A DNA stretch of 64,000 nucleotides from Tubulanus polymorphus (taxonomy: Eukaryota > Animalia > Nemertea), in contig NC_134027.1 of NCBI RefSeq assembly GCF_964204645.1, positions 15,408,485-15,472,484 of the forward strand. Direction: 5' to 3'. Position 1 is the stretch's first letter. Each line of letters starts with the position of its first letter. Under the pieces are notes generated by a model that was given only the letters and a program-made list of their open reading frames with translations, was not told the origin of the DNA and made no database searches. Positions 25,480 through 39,571 of this stretch are shown here, piece by piece. Both the position numbers and the translations under genes were made by a program.

Positions 25480-28400
25480 ATGTAGGTGTTTACGATGATA
25501 GAGACTTAATCAGCTCTTCTGAACTTTCTATGTCTGTCAATTCGTTTTGCTTGTTTCAGCAGTTTCTCTCATAGAAACACTTTGTGTTATCAAGGCACAG
25601 GCTTGCAAAACCTGGTTGAAGTGCTGGCCTGTTTTGCACAATTGTCAGCCGACATGGTAAGACTTAGTACATCAATTTCAATTAACCGTTTCTCGATTAA
25701 TCAGTGTGTCCTGTTCGATTTTTCGTTTGTTTCTGATGATGGAATCCGCATTTTTGTCCCTCTTCTCCTTTAGATAGGCAGTATATCTACTATGAGATGA
25801 TGTAACAGATGCAAGGAGCCCTACTGTCAATGGTTCTTTCAATACACCACCAACACTCGAAATATAGTCACAAATGAGTCTTTGTGCGATACAGGACTCT
25901 TCTGCCGGATTATCAGTTTCAACTTGTCGGTTGATCGAAAACCCGCGTTCTACTGCCGCTTGACCGTGCGATAATAACAATACATTTTTACCACACTCCA
26001 CACATGTACATATTCCCTTTTGCCTTTCATTTTCTTATACATGAACTCATCCAGTCGATTTTTAGTTTTGTCGAAATCAACAAATTCCGCTGGTTGAGAC
26101 ACACAGAGCTTTCAATGAACTTCCCTAATTCACTTAATATTGTATCACATACCCCTTCTTCCACACGTTTAGTATGTGCAATGAGAACTTGAAATGAGAA
26201 CTTGACTAAATTTCTTTTTTGCATAATCAGGTTTTGAAACCATTAAATTCGGATCTAAACAAACAATATTGCCGTATCTCACTGGTGATTTCAGAATGAT
26301 GTGACCGACTGTTGCTGATAGAAAGTCCTTTACTTCAGATCGAAATCCATAAATCTGATGTTCACTTATTTTGTTAACAGTTCTCTAAGCTGTTTGTCCG
26401 CAGCGAAACCAACATCTACCAACTTTCTATCACAATGAAGTTTCTTGTTTTTTACATCAAGTTTAATGATTTTAGCCATAACATCATGATTATCCCTCAT
26501 TATATCCCTACAAACGAATCGCTTCATCAGTGTCTTGAGTATCAGGTGAATGTCTCCACTTAAAAAGGGATCATTGGGTGGTCTGTTTGATAGTTGGTAA
26601 GGAATGGTTTCATAACCATAGCGATCGACAGAAAAGCCTTCAGTTTTACTTCAATCAGGATATCGATGACAGCATTCTTGATGACTTGATACGACGCACA
26701 CTTCGGCTTGTCTACTGATTTGAATTTAGTTTCAACATGTTCGACATATAATGCAACCTTTGGCCATATCAGTAGAGCCCGTACCGCACAAGGTGCATTA
26801 GCGAGCCACCTGAAAATAAATGGCGACACCGACATTAAGCTTATAAGTTAGAATATATATGTAGTATGGAATGTATCCGATTGAAAGGCGGGCACATGGA
26901 TTTTGATCCACTTTATAGAATGGCAAGAATAGAGATCAAATTTTTAACTCACCTATGCCGGCAAAACTTTAACGGAAGAGTTTTACTTTCGGTTATCTTC
27001 ATGAAATCCGATCGACGTGCTGGTGCATCAATGAAAATATGGTAGAGACTACTTAACAACGACTCAAAATTCCACGAAGTATCAGTTGTTCCCTTTTTGA
27101 AAGAACTATGAATCGTATGAATTCCACATGAGCCAAGATCAAGAAATGAACAGTCTCTGTTGAATTCCGATACCATTTCATTCGATAATTTCATAAAAAA
27201 TAAAAACTCCAGTTAACATTGGGGCCATACATGGATAACTGCCGACAGTTTTTTAGACTAATGTCTAAATCAGATCTAAATGCCGACAACATATCATCGG
27301 CTGTAGCATGGCCTAAGAACGAAGAGTTGTAGTACATCCTACTGTCTCCCTCGCATACCAAGTTGTTTACTTTGAGTTTTTTTATTTAAAGACTCGTCAA
27401 ATAACAACACGTACACTCTTAGAACACTCTTAGTTTCTAGCTAAGAACCTTTAGGGGTTCTTGGGCTTGCCTCCCAGGGAGAACCCCTAAAGGTTCCTTT
27501 TTTGTAGGGTTCCTTGAAGAACCCCTGGTAAAGGTTCTTTGAAGAACCATTTCTTATATAGGGTTCTTGCTAGAAACCCTTTCAATAATATCAAATGGTT
27601 CTTGACAGGGTTGCGGGAACCATAATTCATTTTTAGGGTTCCTCATTCATTTTTTTGACGGCTCAAGCTGTTCTTGATTTGTCTATGCTCTATTATGTTT
27701 GACTGCTCCCTTAATCCTCATGTGGATAAAAAAACTGATGATAAGAATTGCGTAAGATTAATATCGTATAAACTTTTTTATTATAAAATCTCATGAACTA
27801 AAATATGAATGATACATATGTTCACAATAAATGATACAAAAATAGTTTCACTAATTGGTTACATGTACAATAAGATTGAAAGATGGAGAATTTATTTCAG
27901 TGCGCTAATCGCTTGGTGTCTCAAATCGGTTGGGAGTTCTTCCACATTTAAGTCTAAAATATAATGTTCTGAGAATATCAAAGTGTTTGAAAGTTAGTGG
28001 GATAAGATATAAGATAATATGCTAAGCGTATAATAGGCCGACTTATTGAGAATCCGTCCACTTTCAATTAACTGGAAGCCATCTTCTTAAATAAGTTTGT
28101 TTAAACGCGCTGCCACCCTCGGAACCTTTCAACCGCAGCACCCGGATGATGGTCGTATATTTCCTGAAATATAAATAATATTGAAAACAATTTATGTTGG
28201 AACATAATCGATTATGTTTTGCAATGATGCATACTCCGCGAGTAAATCTAAACACTTGATAATATTACATGCATAAGTTCCAAATATATTTGTCAATAGA
28301 AAAGACAAACGAAGTTAACAGTGGGATTTGATTCAGAAAAAATACGAACCTTTTTAACGGTTTTCAGTTCTTTCGCATTCTCTCTCAACATCCAATACGT

Positions 28401-29390
28401 GAAGCTCTGCTGTTATCATCACATCTGAAAACCAGTGAATATGTAGATTGAAAATGATTATCTTCTATCAAAATACAGTCACACAGTAAAGGCTATGCGT
28501 CAAGATTAACTAACCTGTTTCTGCTATTTCGCTATTTTGAAGCGACACGATTGCCAAATGTACAGACTTTGTACATTTAATTTTTTCCACCATAGGTCCG
28601 ATACTGGAAAAGATCTATTGTACCGCGCTCACAGTGGTCAACTTCCATAGAACACTTTCTATAACAAATACAAAAGTAATGGGAAAGTTTTGAACAATAA
28701 TTATTGCTGATCCGATTCTGAGTCAGGCTTTATGGCCTACATTTCATATATTTCAAATAGCACAAATGTTTCTTACCAGAGTTAATTACAAAACAACGGA
28801 AAGAACGAGTCGATATACTACGTATGCACTATGCATTGAGTGAAGGTCTATGAGTCGTGGTGGCAGATAACTATACAACAGTTAGTTGCAATCAATTCAA
28901 TCAATTCATGAACAAAGGAATAATTGCCTGATCATGTACACATGGCCCTATAGGCATGACAATTATTAGGCCCAAAGCATTAAGAAAGCATTATTAGGCG
29001 CCCAAAGCATTAATTGTTTTTTAAAGCATTAAATGTTCTTTTCCCCTGTCGTCTCTCTCCATAAAACCTAGTCTATGTCTCAGACTAGCAAATCAAGTTA
29101 TTCGGTCTCTCTACACGTTATTTACACAAGGTAAAAGAGCTCACCACACATTTTAAACATACAACATTTTCAAATTTTAAAAGACGAATTAAAGTAAAGT
29201 TCTTGTCAAGTACCCTAATGTCTCGAAGAACCCCAATCTGCATCCCATATTGCTGAAGAACCTTAAAGCCTCACCGAGAACCCCTAGGTTCTTCGAAAAA
29301 CCCCTGATTAACCCTTTGTTCTAAGAGTGTATGGCTCATCACTTCCAATCTTAACAAGATAAATCCCACAATATCGAAGCCAAGATTGAA
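25480..29390 (-). pseudogene. Decayed hAT-like DDE transposase, interrupted by an insertion
   Basis: Motifs DEPY|VLLFDESLNKKTQSKQL, FLGHATADD, SMYGPNVNW, LGSCGIHTIH, APARRSDF, PLKFCRH-RW, FLTNYQTDHPMIPF and LLLSHGQAAVERGFSIN. Confidence 0.75.
27414..29329. mobile_element. CACTA/EnSpm-like non-autonomous DNA transposon
   Basis: TIRs CACTCTTAGAAC...GTTCTAAGAGTG with TA on both sides. Subterminal gaaccc/gggttc repeats. Removing it restores the host transposase frame (DEPY-VLLFDES). Confidence 0.85.
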
Positions 29391-29899
29391 AAATTCTATA
29401 TCAGAATGATTATATTTAAGGAGCAACTGTTAGCCATCATCAGGCGTACTGAGAACACAATATAATACCAGGATATTTATACACGAATATGACAAATGAT
29501 TAAGATTCAAGGATTAAGATTAAAGTAATTAAACAACATAAACCGAAACACTAAGGAAGAAAACAAAGAAGGCAAACGACAAACTATATGCGATGTAGTG
29601 CGAGATTAAAGTAATCTAAAAACAAAGCCCAGAGGGTTCAAAGGCAGACATACTAAGGGGTAATCAGACAAAAACAAAAGGCAAGAACATCAAAGGGATA
29701 TTCAAGGAATGAGTGAGGGAGGGAGTGAGTGACTGGAAGTGTCAAGCGGAAAAAAAACAAGCTAACGGGATTAGAATAAAGGGGGTACAAGTGGAGCGAG
29801 AAATTTAGAGATCAAAATATTGCGAGGAGAAAAACCGTTATTCAAATTAACACATTTTATCCATATTTTCAATCATAAGGGCAAATTCCATAATGTGAC

Positions 29900-30090
29900 T
29901 TAATCTTTTGAATGGGCTGCTAGAACGTCTCGGCTGTTGCTGAGAATCTTTGTCGGGTGGAAGCCTCCATGTGACACAGTAGAGGCGACATCTAGCAATG
30001 TCTTAGTAGCAGTGGCAGTTTTCGGCTTGGAGTGGAGTAAGTCATCCATGTAGAAATCTTTCAGAATGGCAATAACTTATCATTTCCACA
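29900..30090 (-). pseudogene. BEL/Pao retrotransposon RT fragment
   Basis: Minus strand reads AILKDFYMDDLLHS...VSHGGFHPTKILSNS, matching the Pao FYxDD and GGFxLxKWxSN motifs. Confidence 0.7.
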
Positions 30091-30368
30091 ATTCATACTG
30101 TAAGGCTGATAATCCAAATTAAGTGGAACTTATTATTATTTTGATATAATTTTCGGTTTCATTGAAATTCGTAAAAGGTTCAACCAAGATCGTATAGGCC
30201 TACAGTACTTAGCATAGCTTCGATGGGGTGTCATATTTCTGCAATACAAGGAGGAGTCTTAAAGGGTCTCCCCTGGTAGGGGTAAAACCAGGTTTACTTT
30301 CTCTCTCAACTTGCTGGAGACTACTATCTGCATTCATTCTTGAATGGAAGAGTATTATATATTTTGAG

Positions 30369-30457
30369 CAACGTTTCGGTTAAAATACTCTTCTGTTATT
30401 TCATTTTGTTTCTCAGTACGCGTGATGATGGCTAATTGTGTTTAGCCGAAACGTTGT
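30369..30457. repeat. PLE-type hammerhead-like remnant within an inverted repeat
   Basis: gTGATGAt-ggcta..tagcc-GAAACgttg at ~30422-30456, with its inverted counterpart caacgtttcgg at 30369. Confidence 0.4.
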
Positions 30458-31889
30458 TTTCAACTTTGACTGAATCATTGTGGGATTTCTCTCGATATCT
30501 GCATTCATACTTAGATGTGTCTGACCTATACGAGTCGAACATCATTTTCCCATACACGCGTTTGGCTTTAGTGTTAGATGAAGGCTATGCACTGCTCATT
30601 GTGGATTAACTGGAACACTCAAAATTAAACGATTCAACAAGAATGATCAAATGATTGGACTTTGTCTAACTATATTGATTAACAGCTTTAGATATACACA
30701 CAAGATTTAAACAATGCCGTTGATTGCAATTCCCGTGCTAAATAGCCCTTTGTAGAAAAGTTATACCCCCTAAATCTCAAAAACGACATTCCGAATCGAA
30801 AAAACGACACCACCACGTGATTCTACGTACCTCAAAATGGTCGGTAAAATAGTCTAGCATTTAAGAACACCGATCTAAAATGGCGATTAGCATGTTTAAA
30901 AGCCGGGCTAGGGTATAATATTGGCGATAGTGAAACGTGATGCTCCTAATCTTATAGCTTTTGGGTTGGGTTCTTTTTTAAAAAAGCGGATGCTTTTGGG
31001 TGCTTATTATTTTTCATAACTTCTAGGGGGTCAGATATTACCTTATTTAATCATGGGACGAGAGGAGGGTAAGAAAGAAAATAAATGTAAGTATTCGTCC
31101 TGGACAGAAGCCAGTAGCCAGTACAGCTTTACAGCTCGCGGATACGTGCGATAACTATCAGTGTTCATCGAGAGAGACAGTAAGCTATTGAATTTCTAAT
31201 GATGATCGAATAATTAAACGCATTTCGAAATGAAACTTACTGATTACATACGCACGGATTACTTTTTCATTCCAGAAAAATGTCGCGATTTCTTAATGGT
31301 TCTTGTGGTTCGACAGAAAATGTTTCCGGAAATGCTGCAGATAACATTCAGACAGCCGAACCGAAGGAATCGACACCCTAGAAACCCGTAAAATCGAAAT
31401 GAAAAGGTCTTCTGCGAATAGTAGGTATCAGCTTATTGTTTCGAGTTATTATATTGTAGTGTTATCATAATAGGATCTTTTGGGAACGTTTTACTTGCCC
31501 TGAAAATATTGGCTTTTGAGCACGTTCAACTCTGGCCTTAGACCCAATATCTTTGTAGCAATGTTTCTCATACACTTCATTTCTACAGCGACCCAAACAT
31601 ACGTACCCGGCGTGCTGGCGATTAGTTATGAATATGCCCGAGCACTTGCAGGTCAAACATGGGTGGACGCAACACAAAGCTCGCAACTGGAGTCGAACAG
31701 CCGCAACTAGCCGGGGCAAAAAAGCGTATTCTACGCAGAAAAAACGTCAACATGGCGACCGATGGAACAGTGTCCGCAGTGCAAATACTACTTCCGTCGC
31801 CTACCGCATCATACGTAATGTACACCAGGCAAGTGACAGCAGAGATTGAAGACTTCGCAAACGATTTAGCATATGAAAGAAATTGTTTT

Positions 31890-32465
31890 TTTTCCGTTTT
31901 AGGGGATGAGGGGGTTAGGGGGTGAGCCGCCGTCGCCCGTCCGTTCGTTTGTTCCTCGTTCGTGCGTCTGTCAACTTTTTTATTCAAATTGCTACTAGTC
32001 CTATAGTTTTCAGTTTTAATCAGAGTAATTCCAAATTTGACATGAGTGTTCTATGAACCGAGGCCCATTAAGTAACAGAGCCAATTTTTCTATTCGTCCT
32101 CCAGGGAGCGCCACAGGAGGTGGAGTGTTTCTATTTCTTCAAATTGCTTCTAGTCCTACACTTCTTATCAGATCAATTCCAAATTTGGCATGGATGTTTT
32201 ATAGACCACGGAAGTTAAAGAGCCATTCTTTGGATTCGTCCACCAGGGAGCGCCCCTGGTAGTGAAGTTTCTATATCTTTAAATTGCTATTTGTCCTACA
32301 GTTTTAATCAGATCAAGTCAAAATTTAAATGAATATACTGGACCGATACCTACAAAGTACAGAGCCCTTTTTGATTTTGGCCAAAAGGGGGCACCCCTAG
32401 GTATGCAGCTTATATTCTTTCAAATCACACGGCGGAGCTGTTTAAACAGATAGGCTCCTTGTTTT
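31890..32465 (+). mobile_element. Helentron/DINE-like non-autonomous element with central tandem repeats
   Basis: ccgtccgttcgt microsatellite-like head. Three ~145-150-bp units starting aaattgctactagtccta (31985, 32140, 32281). End gctccttgtttt. Confidence 0.5.
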
Positions 32466-33228
32466 ATAGCGAGTTCAGGCGACGATAATGCAAGAGATGC
32501 ATCAACGAAGCGCGTCGGCTCAAACGATGAAGACGTACCAGCCACCGAGATGGGTTCGGGCAGCGACAAAACTTGAGACGACAAGATCAGCAAAGCGCGT
32601 CGGCTTGCTTGTCGAAAAATTCCATACTAGAAAATAAACGAAAAAATACCGTAAATAAAAGGATTCGACTTTACTTGAATTGTTTTTTTCTATCCGCTTG
32701 ATTTGAGTATCAGGCTGGTTTTTACGCACGTTTCGGATTAAGTATAGTATATAGGATAGTAGGATAGTTATAGTTCCTTCGGTGTTTGATTACATAGGAA
32801 CGGAAGTTGTGATTTGGCTCCACTGACGCAATGTTAAGAGATCATACAGTGAGAAGTGCCGGCAATTGGATGTAGGTTAGTTTTAGTAACCGACATTGGG
32901 AAGGAGAATTTTAATGTAGGTTAGTTTTAGTTGCCGAGATCGCTGAGATTGGGAAAGAGATATTTAATGTAGGTTAGATTTACCAGGGAAGTGTAATGAG
33001 ATTACACTTCCCTGGTTTTACTTAACACAACTACGAAGAGAGTGACACAACGCATACCGATCAGGAAGTTTTGATTGGACACTTTAAGTCAGAAAAAATT
33101 GGATAAGCAAGGTTAACAAAAAATGTTTTGAACCACTGAAAATTTGTGTGTCCAGGATTCAAGATACACGATTTTTGTATTAGAGTGGACTGAAAAAATG
33201 TGATTTAGACAACAAAGAAAATTCCTGC

Positions 33229-34440
33229 GTGGTGCCCGATGGATTTTACTCTGAAAAATGTGGGGCAGACAATGTAAAATACGTTTATCTTACTAATCTC
33301 CTTCAAAATGGCGCTAGAATCATTAAAGAATTTAATCCTTCTAATCTGAAATTAACAATACTTAATCGGACAATTAACCTAAAAAACTCTTTAAAGCAGA
33401 TTAAATCTTCACAAATTAGCAAAGGTTATTCAATCTGGTGCAAAAAATGTGAGGCAGATAGCCTAACATACGATTTGTTCGACTCGGGCACTACAGAAAA
33501 AATTACTCCGTTCACGGAACTGTTCTCTTGCATTGGATAAAGCGTTATGAAAAACCTGCCACAGCTGCAACGATCGAAGTTGGACAATTCATGCTAAGTG
33601 CGTCCATGCTAATCTGCTACCAGTCACCAAAGAAGCCAAGTAGATTTATCGTCATTGTTGAAAAAATACGTGGAACAAATAACAGATGAAGATATGAAAT
33701 GTTTCCTTACTACTGTTCAAAATCAACGTATTCAGGCAAAAGATAAACGTCAGATGCGATGGCATCCTAAGTAAGTTTTTTCAGAATCTTGTCACCATTT
33801 TGCTCTCATGTGGCCACAGGGATTCGCCAATGGGCTCATAATGCAGTTCCTGGGGTTATTGATAATGTATCTGTGTTTTGGTTGGTTATTCTGCAATAAA
33901 GCAGAAAAAAATGTCTTGCTACTGATAGGCCTTCGTTCAAAGAGATAATGGCCACTGGCTCCACTCACGGCAACATCACAAAATACTATCAAACTTCGTC
34001 TTTCAATTTAAAATCAACACTTTTACTTTTTGTCATCAAAATTTCACTTTGCACCTTATGATCCAAGTAGGGTGGTGACCACTACGAACTAACTGTATGC
34101 AAGAGAAATGTCAATGACTCAAAAAATTAATGCAATAGTTGTTCACCGGCGTCATGGTCGACTAGTTATTAAGTGATTCCTATTTCATATTTCAGCCTAA
34201 TTTCATTCTGTCTCTGGTTGTTATTGCCGATCCCCACACGTTTACGAAGATTTGCGGAGATCCAGCATGATAAAATGCGCCCTCTGGTAGTCCACTACGA
34301 GTTTATAAAGGACGCTTAAACAATCGTAGCAGTTTCGATGAAAACATCCTCGACCTTATGGCTAATGAATTTAGTCGACTTCATTTCCCGGAATCAGCTA
34401 AAACGGCGGACTGGTATTCGACGAAATGGCCATCTAAGTG
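33229..34440 (+). pseudogene. P-element/THAP9-like transposase N-terminal remnant with intron
   Basis: KDKRQMRWHP|gtaagt (33770), acceptor ttcag ~34195, then LISFCL...SPHVYEDLR...PSG..LRVYK and LVFDEMAI (first catalytic Asp). Confidence 0.6.
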
Positions 34441-35271
34441 TTCTACAAATAACAAATATCTCGCTTAACATCGTTTCTAATGTCTAATATATAGCAAGAT
34501 CTCCAGATCTCTTATAAAGATGGAAAAGTTAGATGACTGGAGTTTCAAGGTAAATCGACAATATAAATAAGCAATAAGCAATTCAAACGTAAAATGAGAT
34601 CTGTATTGGTTTATCTATGTAGAATCTGCCTTAGGGACCATTCATTTATTACGTACGTGATGCTTAATTTGTATTTAAAAGGTCAAATTTTACGCATGCA
34701 TAATTACGAGCTTGTATCTACGTCAAGACGAACACCGCAGGCGTGAAGCCAAAAAGGGGAAGTTTTGAGGATTTGTGGAGCCAATTTAAGTGCATTCTAA
34801 TGTTATCTAAGCTGTAATCAAAGCTACCACAGAGGCAGAGTAGTACCTGTCGCATGAACCTCATTCATTCATTGAAATATCATTCACATAGAGAACACTG
34901 CTTAAAAGTTTCATTGGTTAATGTGTGAGGGCTGTACCATTATTGAAAATAGGGTGGGTTGGAATGTCATTGACCTGGGCGATTACACTATGCTTTGGTG
35001 GGAATGGCTTGTTACCTACTTCATTACATGGGTCAGTCAGCATTTTATTATTAAAACAGATCGTTACATTGAAATAAACTAAAACAAAAACACTATACAG
35101 TCTTTGGAGAACGAATAATCAATTTCTTTTCACAATTCCTCTGAGGAATTTTTCAGGATCTGGGTGAATGGGAAAAATAGGACCAACTTTTGGCTGAGGG
35201 AAAATGTCCGTTAAACTGTTTAAAAAATTTGAAAAAACAGGCTCACGCAAACCCTGGTTTATTTAGTTGTG

Positions 35272-35700
35272 TCATACATTTTTGAACCATATCCTGAAAT
35301 CTTTATAATAACGCAATAAAGTAAAACAAGAAATAAGGTGGAGCCTGATGTTTTCCATGGTTCTTCTCGTGTAGTGAATCCCATCGAAGTGTCTCGACTG
35401 CAGGTCAGGGAGGGGTATATCGCAGAAACTGGCTTCCTTTGCCCTGTTGTTGATGCGCATGATTCGGCGGGCACCATCCTCACTCATACACGGGGGCACA
35501 GAGACTTCAAGATGGTGCAAGCGCACCACTGGAGATTTCTTTGACAGTAGGACAAAGAGTTCCTTTAGGTCGGCGCTGGTGTGACGTCCAAACTCCCTAG
35601 TATGGTTCATACCATGATTGAAAACAATCGCCGAACAGGCAACCTGCAACCTCCGAACGTACTCGAGGAGACCTTGAACCTCTTGGATGACTTATCGGGA
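35272..35700 (-). pseudogene. SGNH/GDSL hydrolase-like ORF
   Basis: FNHGMNH (block III GxN) and DGIHY (block V DxxH), with spacing typical of the family. Confidence 0.6.
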
Positions 35701-37189
35701 GAATCCAGTTGTCTGCTTTCAGGTACTTGAACAGTCTGCCAGCAACAATATTGGTGGTGGTCGCTTGACGGCTCTGACTGCGATCTTACTCAGGCGGGAC
35801 TCCAGGTGCCCTGAATCACCACCAACATGCTGTATAAGGGAGCACAGGGACCCTTTCCGCTCGCCGAATTATAGTCCACTCAGCTTGGGGGAGGTCTGGA
35901 CAGTGATGCCTTAAATCCAATGACCACAGCTGCCGTCACGACTTCGGCTGGTCACAGAATATCTTTGTGCGCTGTTCCCACCAAACGGCTGACATCTGGT
36001 CTCGGGAAACCAGATTTATAGTACCTGATACTCTTTCTTTCTCTTTAGCCACCTCTGCACCCCATTTCACTACATCGAGTTCCGAATAGCTCATGCCCTC
36101 TCAGGGCTTTTATGGATTTTCTTGAAAAGGCTATAGTGCATAATCAGGGCATTTTCTCCCTGGCCAATTTTAATTTCCCCTCCCTTCTCAACCAGTTTCG
36201 TGCGGGCCAGATAATCCCAATCGACGACTGGTTGAACCATATTCAGGTACCGAGCCGGAGGTTTGATGGAATTTCTGGGCCGCAAGTGTCTTTGTCGAAT
36301 GTCACTCTCAGGCCGTAATTGTCTTTGTCGTGTGTCACTTTCGCTAATTGCTGGTTCTGCCACTTGGTCATCAGTGACTGGATCGATAGGCTGCAGCAAT
36401 GGGTCCCCTACTGAATCAGACTGACTCTGGTTTGTAACAGCTATGCTATTTGGTGCTGTACGGCCAGAACCAGTGTTCCTAGGTAGGTTGACAGCGGACC
36501 CACACCACCTCCTCGTCGGGCGACTCCACAGGTGTATCAGAGTGACTCAGAATTGAATCATTTTTATATGTCATTGGTTGTCGGCAGTGTTTACTGACAG
36601 TTTGTTTTCGACTGAGGTGCCTGACTACTGGCTTATCTGCGTCGCCACCATCCAGTTGCCACGTACACTGCTTCATGTCGTTGAAGTGAACCACCTTGAG
36701 TTTTGGGTTTCCAATTTCTGGCTTAAACCGGTAATTCAGCTCAGATAACTTTTCGACAACAGTGTACGGACCTTTCCATTTCCTGTGGAACTTTGCCGCA
36801 TCACCCTTCTTAAGATAATGGCTATATTGCCATACGCGGTGTACAGTACTGTACCCGCCACGACGTGCGAACCTTTCGTACATGACCTTTTGCTGCCGCT
36901 GTGCAGTCTGGAGTTGCCCTCGAACCTTATCGTGGGCGTCGACAAGTCTGTTGGCCAAGTCATTCCCAAATTTACTCTTTATCTGCTCTGGCTCCGGCAA
37001 GCCCAGACTTATGTCAACCGGAGTACCATCTCCTCTCCAAAAGTCAAATAAAATGGCGTCTCTTTGGTCGAGGCTTGCAACATCAAGCGGTATGGCATGA
37101 GACAGGAAGGCAGTTATTGGTCCCAGTCTGTACCCTGTTCATTCACAACGGTGGTGAGCATCGACTTCAGCAATTTGTTAAAGATCTCG

Positions 37190-37880
37190 AACGCTCCCAA
37201 CCTTGTCTCGATTTAAATTCAGAATTCGATCAAATACGCTAAAAACGGCCTACAGCACTACAGATATGTCAATCTTAGCTCGTAGTAATAAAATAAACCT
37301 GAACCGCTTGCGAGTGGATTTACTGCTTCCAGCTCACTATTCCCGTCATAATTTTGAAAATGCAAATCCCTTATGTGAGTTTTGTAGTCTGCGTTTTGAT
37401 ACAATCCACCTTTTTATCAAATGTCGTAAACCCACAATAGTTAACCTTAGAAATCGCCTTCACCTTTCCTTAGAAAATATGTTTCTGTAAGCCAAAAAGA
37501 TAAATGTAATTTCCTCATTCATGGAAGCAACAATCTTGATCATGCTGTAAATCTACAAATTATAAGTATATGCGCATCTTTTATCACAGCATATTGTCGT
37601 CTTTGAGTGACCTTGCATTACTTGAACATTTATCTTCTTGGCTTAAGCATGTTTGTTTATTCTATATTGCCACCGACTTCGTTAAGACCCATACGATGTG
37701 TAAACACCTCCAGATTCTTGAAACCTGTAGAATGTAGACTTTTAACAATCATGTAACTAATATAATATGCCATGAAACCGCTATATTTACGTAATATTGT
37801 TTTGTTTTTCTTCTTGTTCCGAGACCACATATAATGTCCCCGGACGATTTGTGGTTGTCCATTGTATATTGTAAATGTTA
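37190..37880 (+). mobile_element. 3' end of a non-LTR element (CR1/L2-like)
   Basis: LNRLRV...HYSRHNF...PLCEFC...DTIHLFIKC, a C-terminal CCHC-type motif. It sits where the gypsy RT/RH should be. Confidence 0.65.
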
Positions 37881-39571
37881 TGTTTAAAACAGAATTAGAA
37901 TGGTTAAAAAAATACGACGAGGTACATGAATTGTGGTGTCTGAAAAATTGGCAAATCCTACCGGAATCGAGTTAGAGTTAGGCGTCACTAACGGTTTAGC
38001 GGTACAGAATTCCATCATTTTGCCACCCTGTATCATTCTGGAGGTGAGGTTATTGTGGGAGTAACTATTTCTAAAGTAACCCTCAACAACTATCCCGGAA
38101 CCCACCGGGATGTATTGAGTTTTCTTCTAAAATATTCTACACGCGCTCGCTTTCTTGGCCTGCCGCATAAGGGGTATCTCCGTCGACTGATAGAAAGACA
38201 AAGCTCTCTTACCACAGTCAATTTCCCGCCAAATTTGGTTAAGCAGTCGTTCCCCAGGAGGCACTCTTGTGTCAAGTCATCGGTAATTAGGTGTGGTGAA
38301 TTGAAGGTGACCGATCTTAATGGTGACATCTGCTGCTCCCCTAATTGACATCTCCTGTCCATTTGCTGTAGTAAGTCCCCAGTGGACAGGTTTTAGCTCA
38401 GCGTGTTGTCCTTTTGGACGACTTGCTTCCCATACGTACGGAGCAAAGTACAAGCGGTACCTGTGTCCAGGAGGACTGATGTTTCCGTTTTGTGGTTTAT
38501 AATAGCACGGCAATAGACCCCCGTGACATGAAGCTCCACATGTCCAATATTTACCATAGGTGGCCTCACCGTGTCCGGGGGCTGAATGCAAACCTCAGCG
38601 TTTTTACCCGCCGTAGTAGGCAATGGAGAAAGTTCGAGAGCGTCGGGTCTTAATCTAGGCGTCACTTTATTCATGATAGGTTGACGCGCTACACAAGTTT
38701 GAACCATTTTGAGGTGACGTTGGTATAGTGATGGAAACATTTCTAGCCTCGCCGTCTGGTCTCTGGCGCTAATCACCGTCTATATCCGGTGACAGTCCTT
38801 TCGCCGGAGGAGTATACTTCGGTACGTAAGCTGGGCCTACCATTTGCGCGATGGGTAGGTATTTTCAACTGACTTTGTTCTTCTATGACATTACCATCGC
38901 TGCTGCGTCACGATGTGATGTACATGTACAAGGGACCTCCAATTTGTAATGTATGTGATGTATAAACTGACTTTAGACCGATTAATATCGACGATAACAA
39001 GGTATCACCGACGCTGATATTTTCTAACGCTAACTAGTATGACCCGCCTTTTGGACCGGACCAATTCATTCAATTAAGAAAACGCGTACCGGTACAATAA
39101 ATAAATGAACCGCTGTTGATTTTTCGAAGTATTGATATCCTCGAACAAAACTATACTATTATAGAATGTTTAAAAGGAACTGCCTTTAATAACAGTATGA
39201 ATAAACTTACTTCACAAACAAGGAAGTACATTTTCAACTTGTGAATGGTCGAACCCCAGTTATTCACAGCAACCTGTGATTTGGATATTCTCGGAGCCTT
39301 CCTTCTTTATTTATGAAATGACGTCACAAACTTTCAGATTCGCGCCAGCATGCGCGCCATGATTGATGATTGCTATTTCCACCGGTGTTATCTTTAAAGT
39401 AACTTCAAGTTTAAAATAGGAAGCACAGTACATCCATAGAAACTACGCGCAGAAAGTGACTGTTATATTATTATCAGAGTTTAACATTTCGTTTCAAAGT
39501 TGTTAGTAGTCAAATCTAATAGAAGATGATTTTTATGTGACGAAACTCAGTGGAAAATATGTTAAAATAAT

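Larger units (their letters stand above)
35272..38600 (-). mobile_element. Second gypsy remnant: protease, integrase C-terminus, downstream SGNH ORF; RT/RH absent
   Basis: Protease LLDTG...TTANG...CLLGNDCL (38100-38560). Integrase tail KFHRKWKGPY...VHFNDMK and RPRNSIKPPARY (36100-37180). Confidence 0.8.

Noticed and set aside
31260-31930. Possible host exons among overlapping short ORFs
   Set aside because: No recognisable domain or consistent splice chain.
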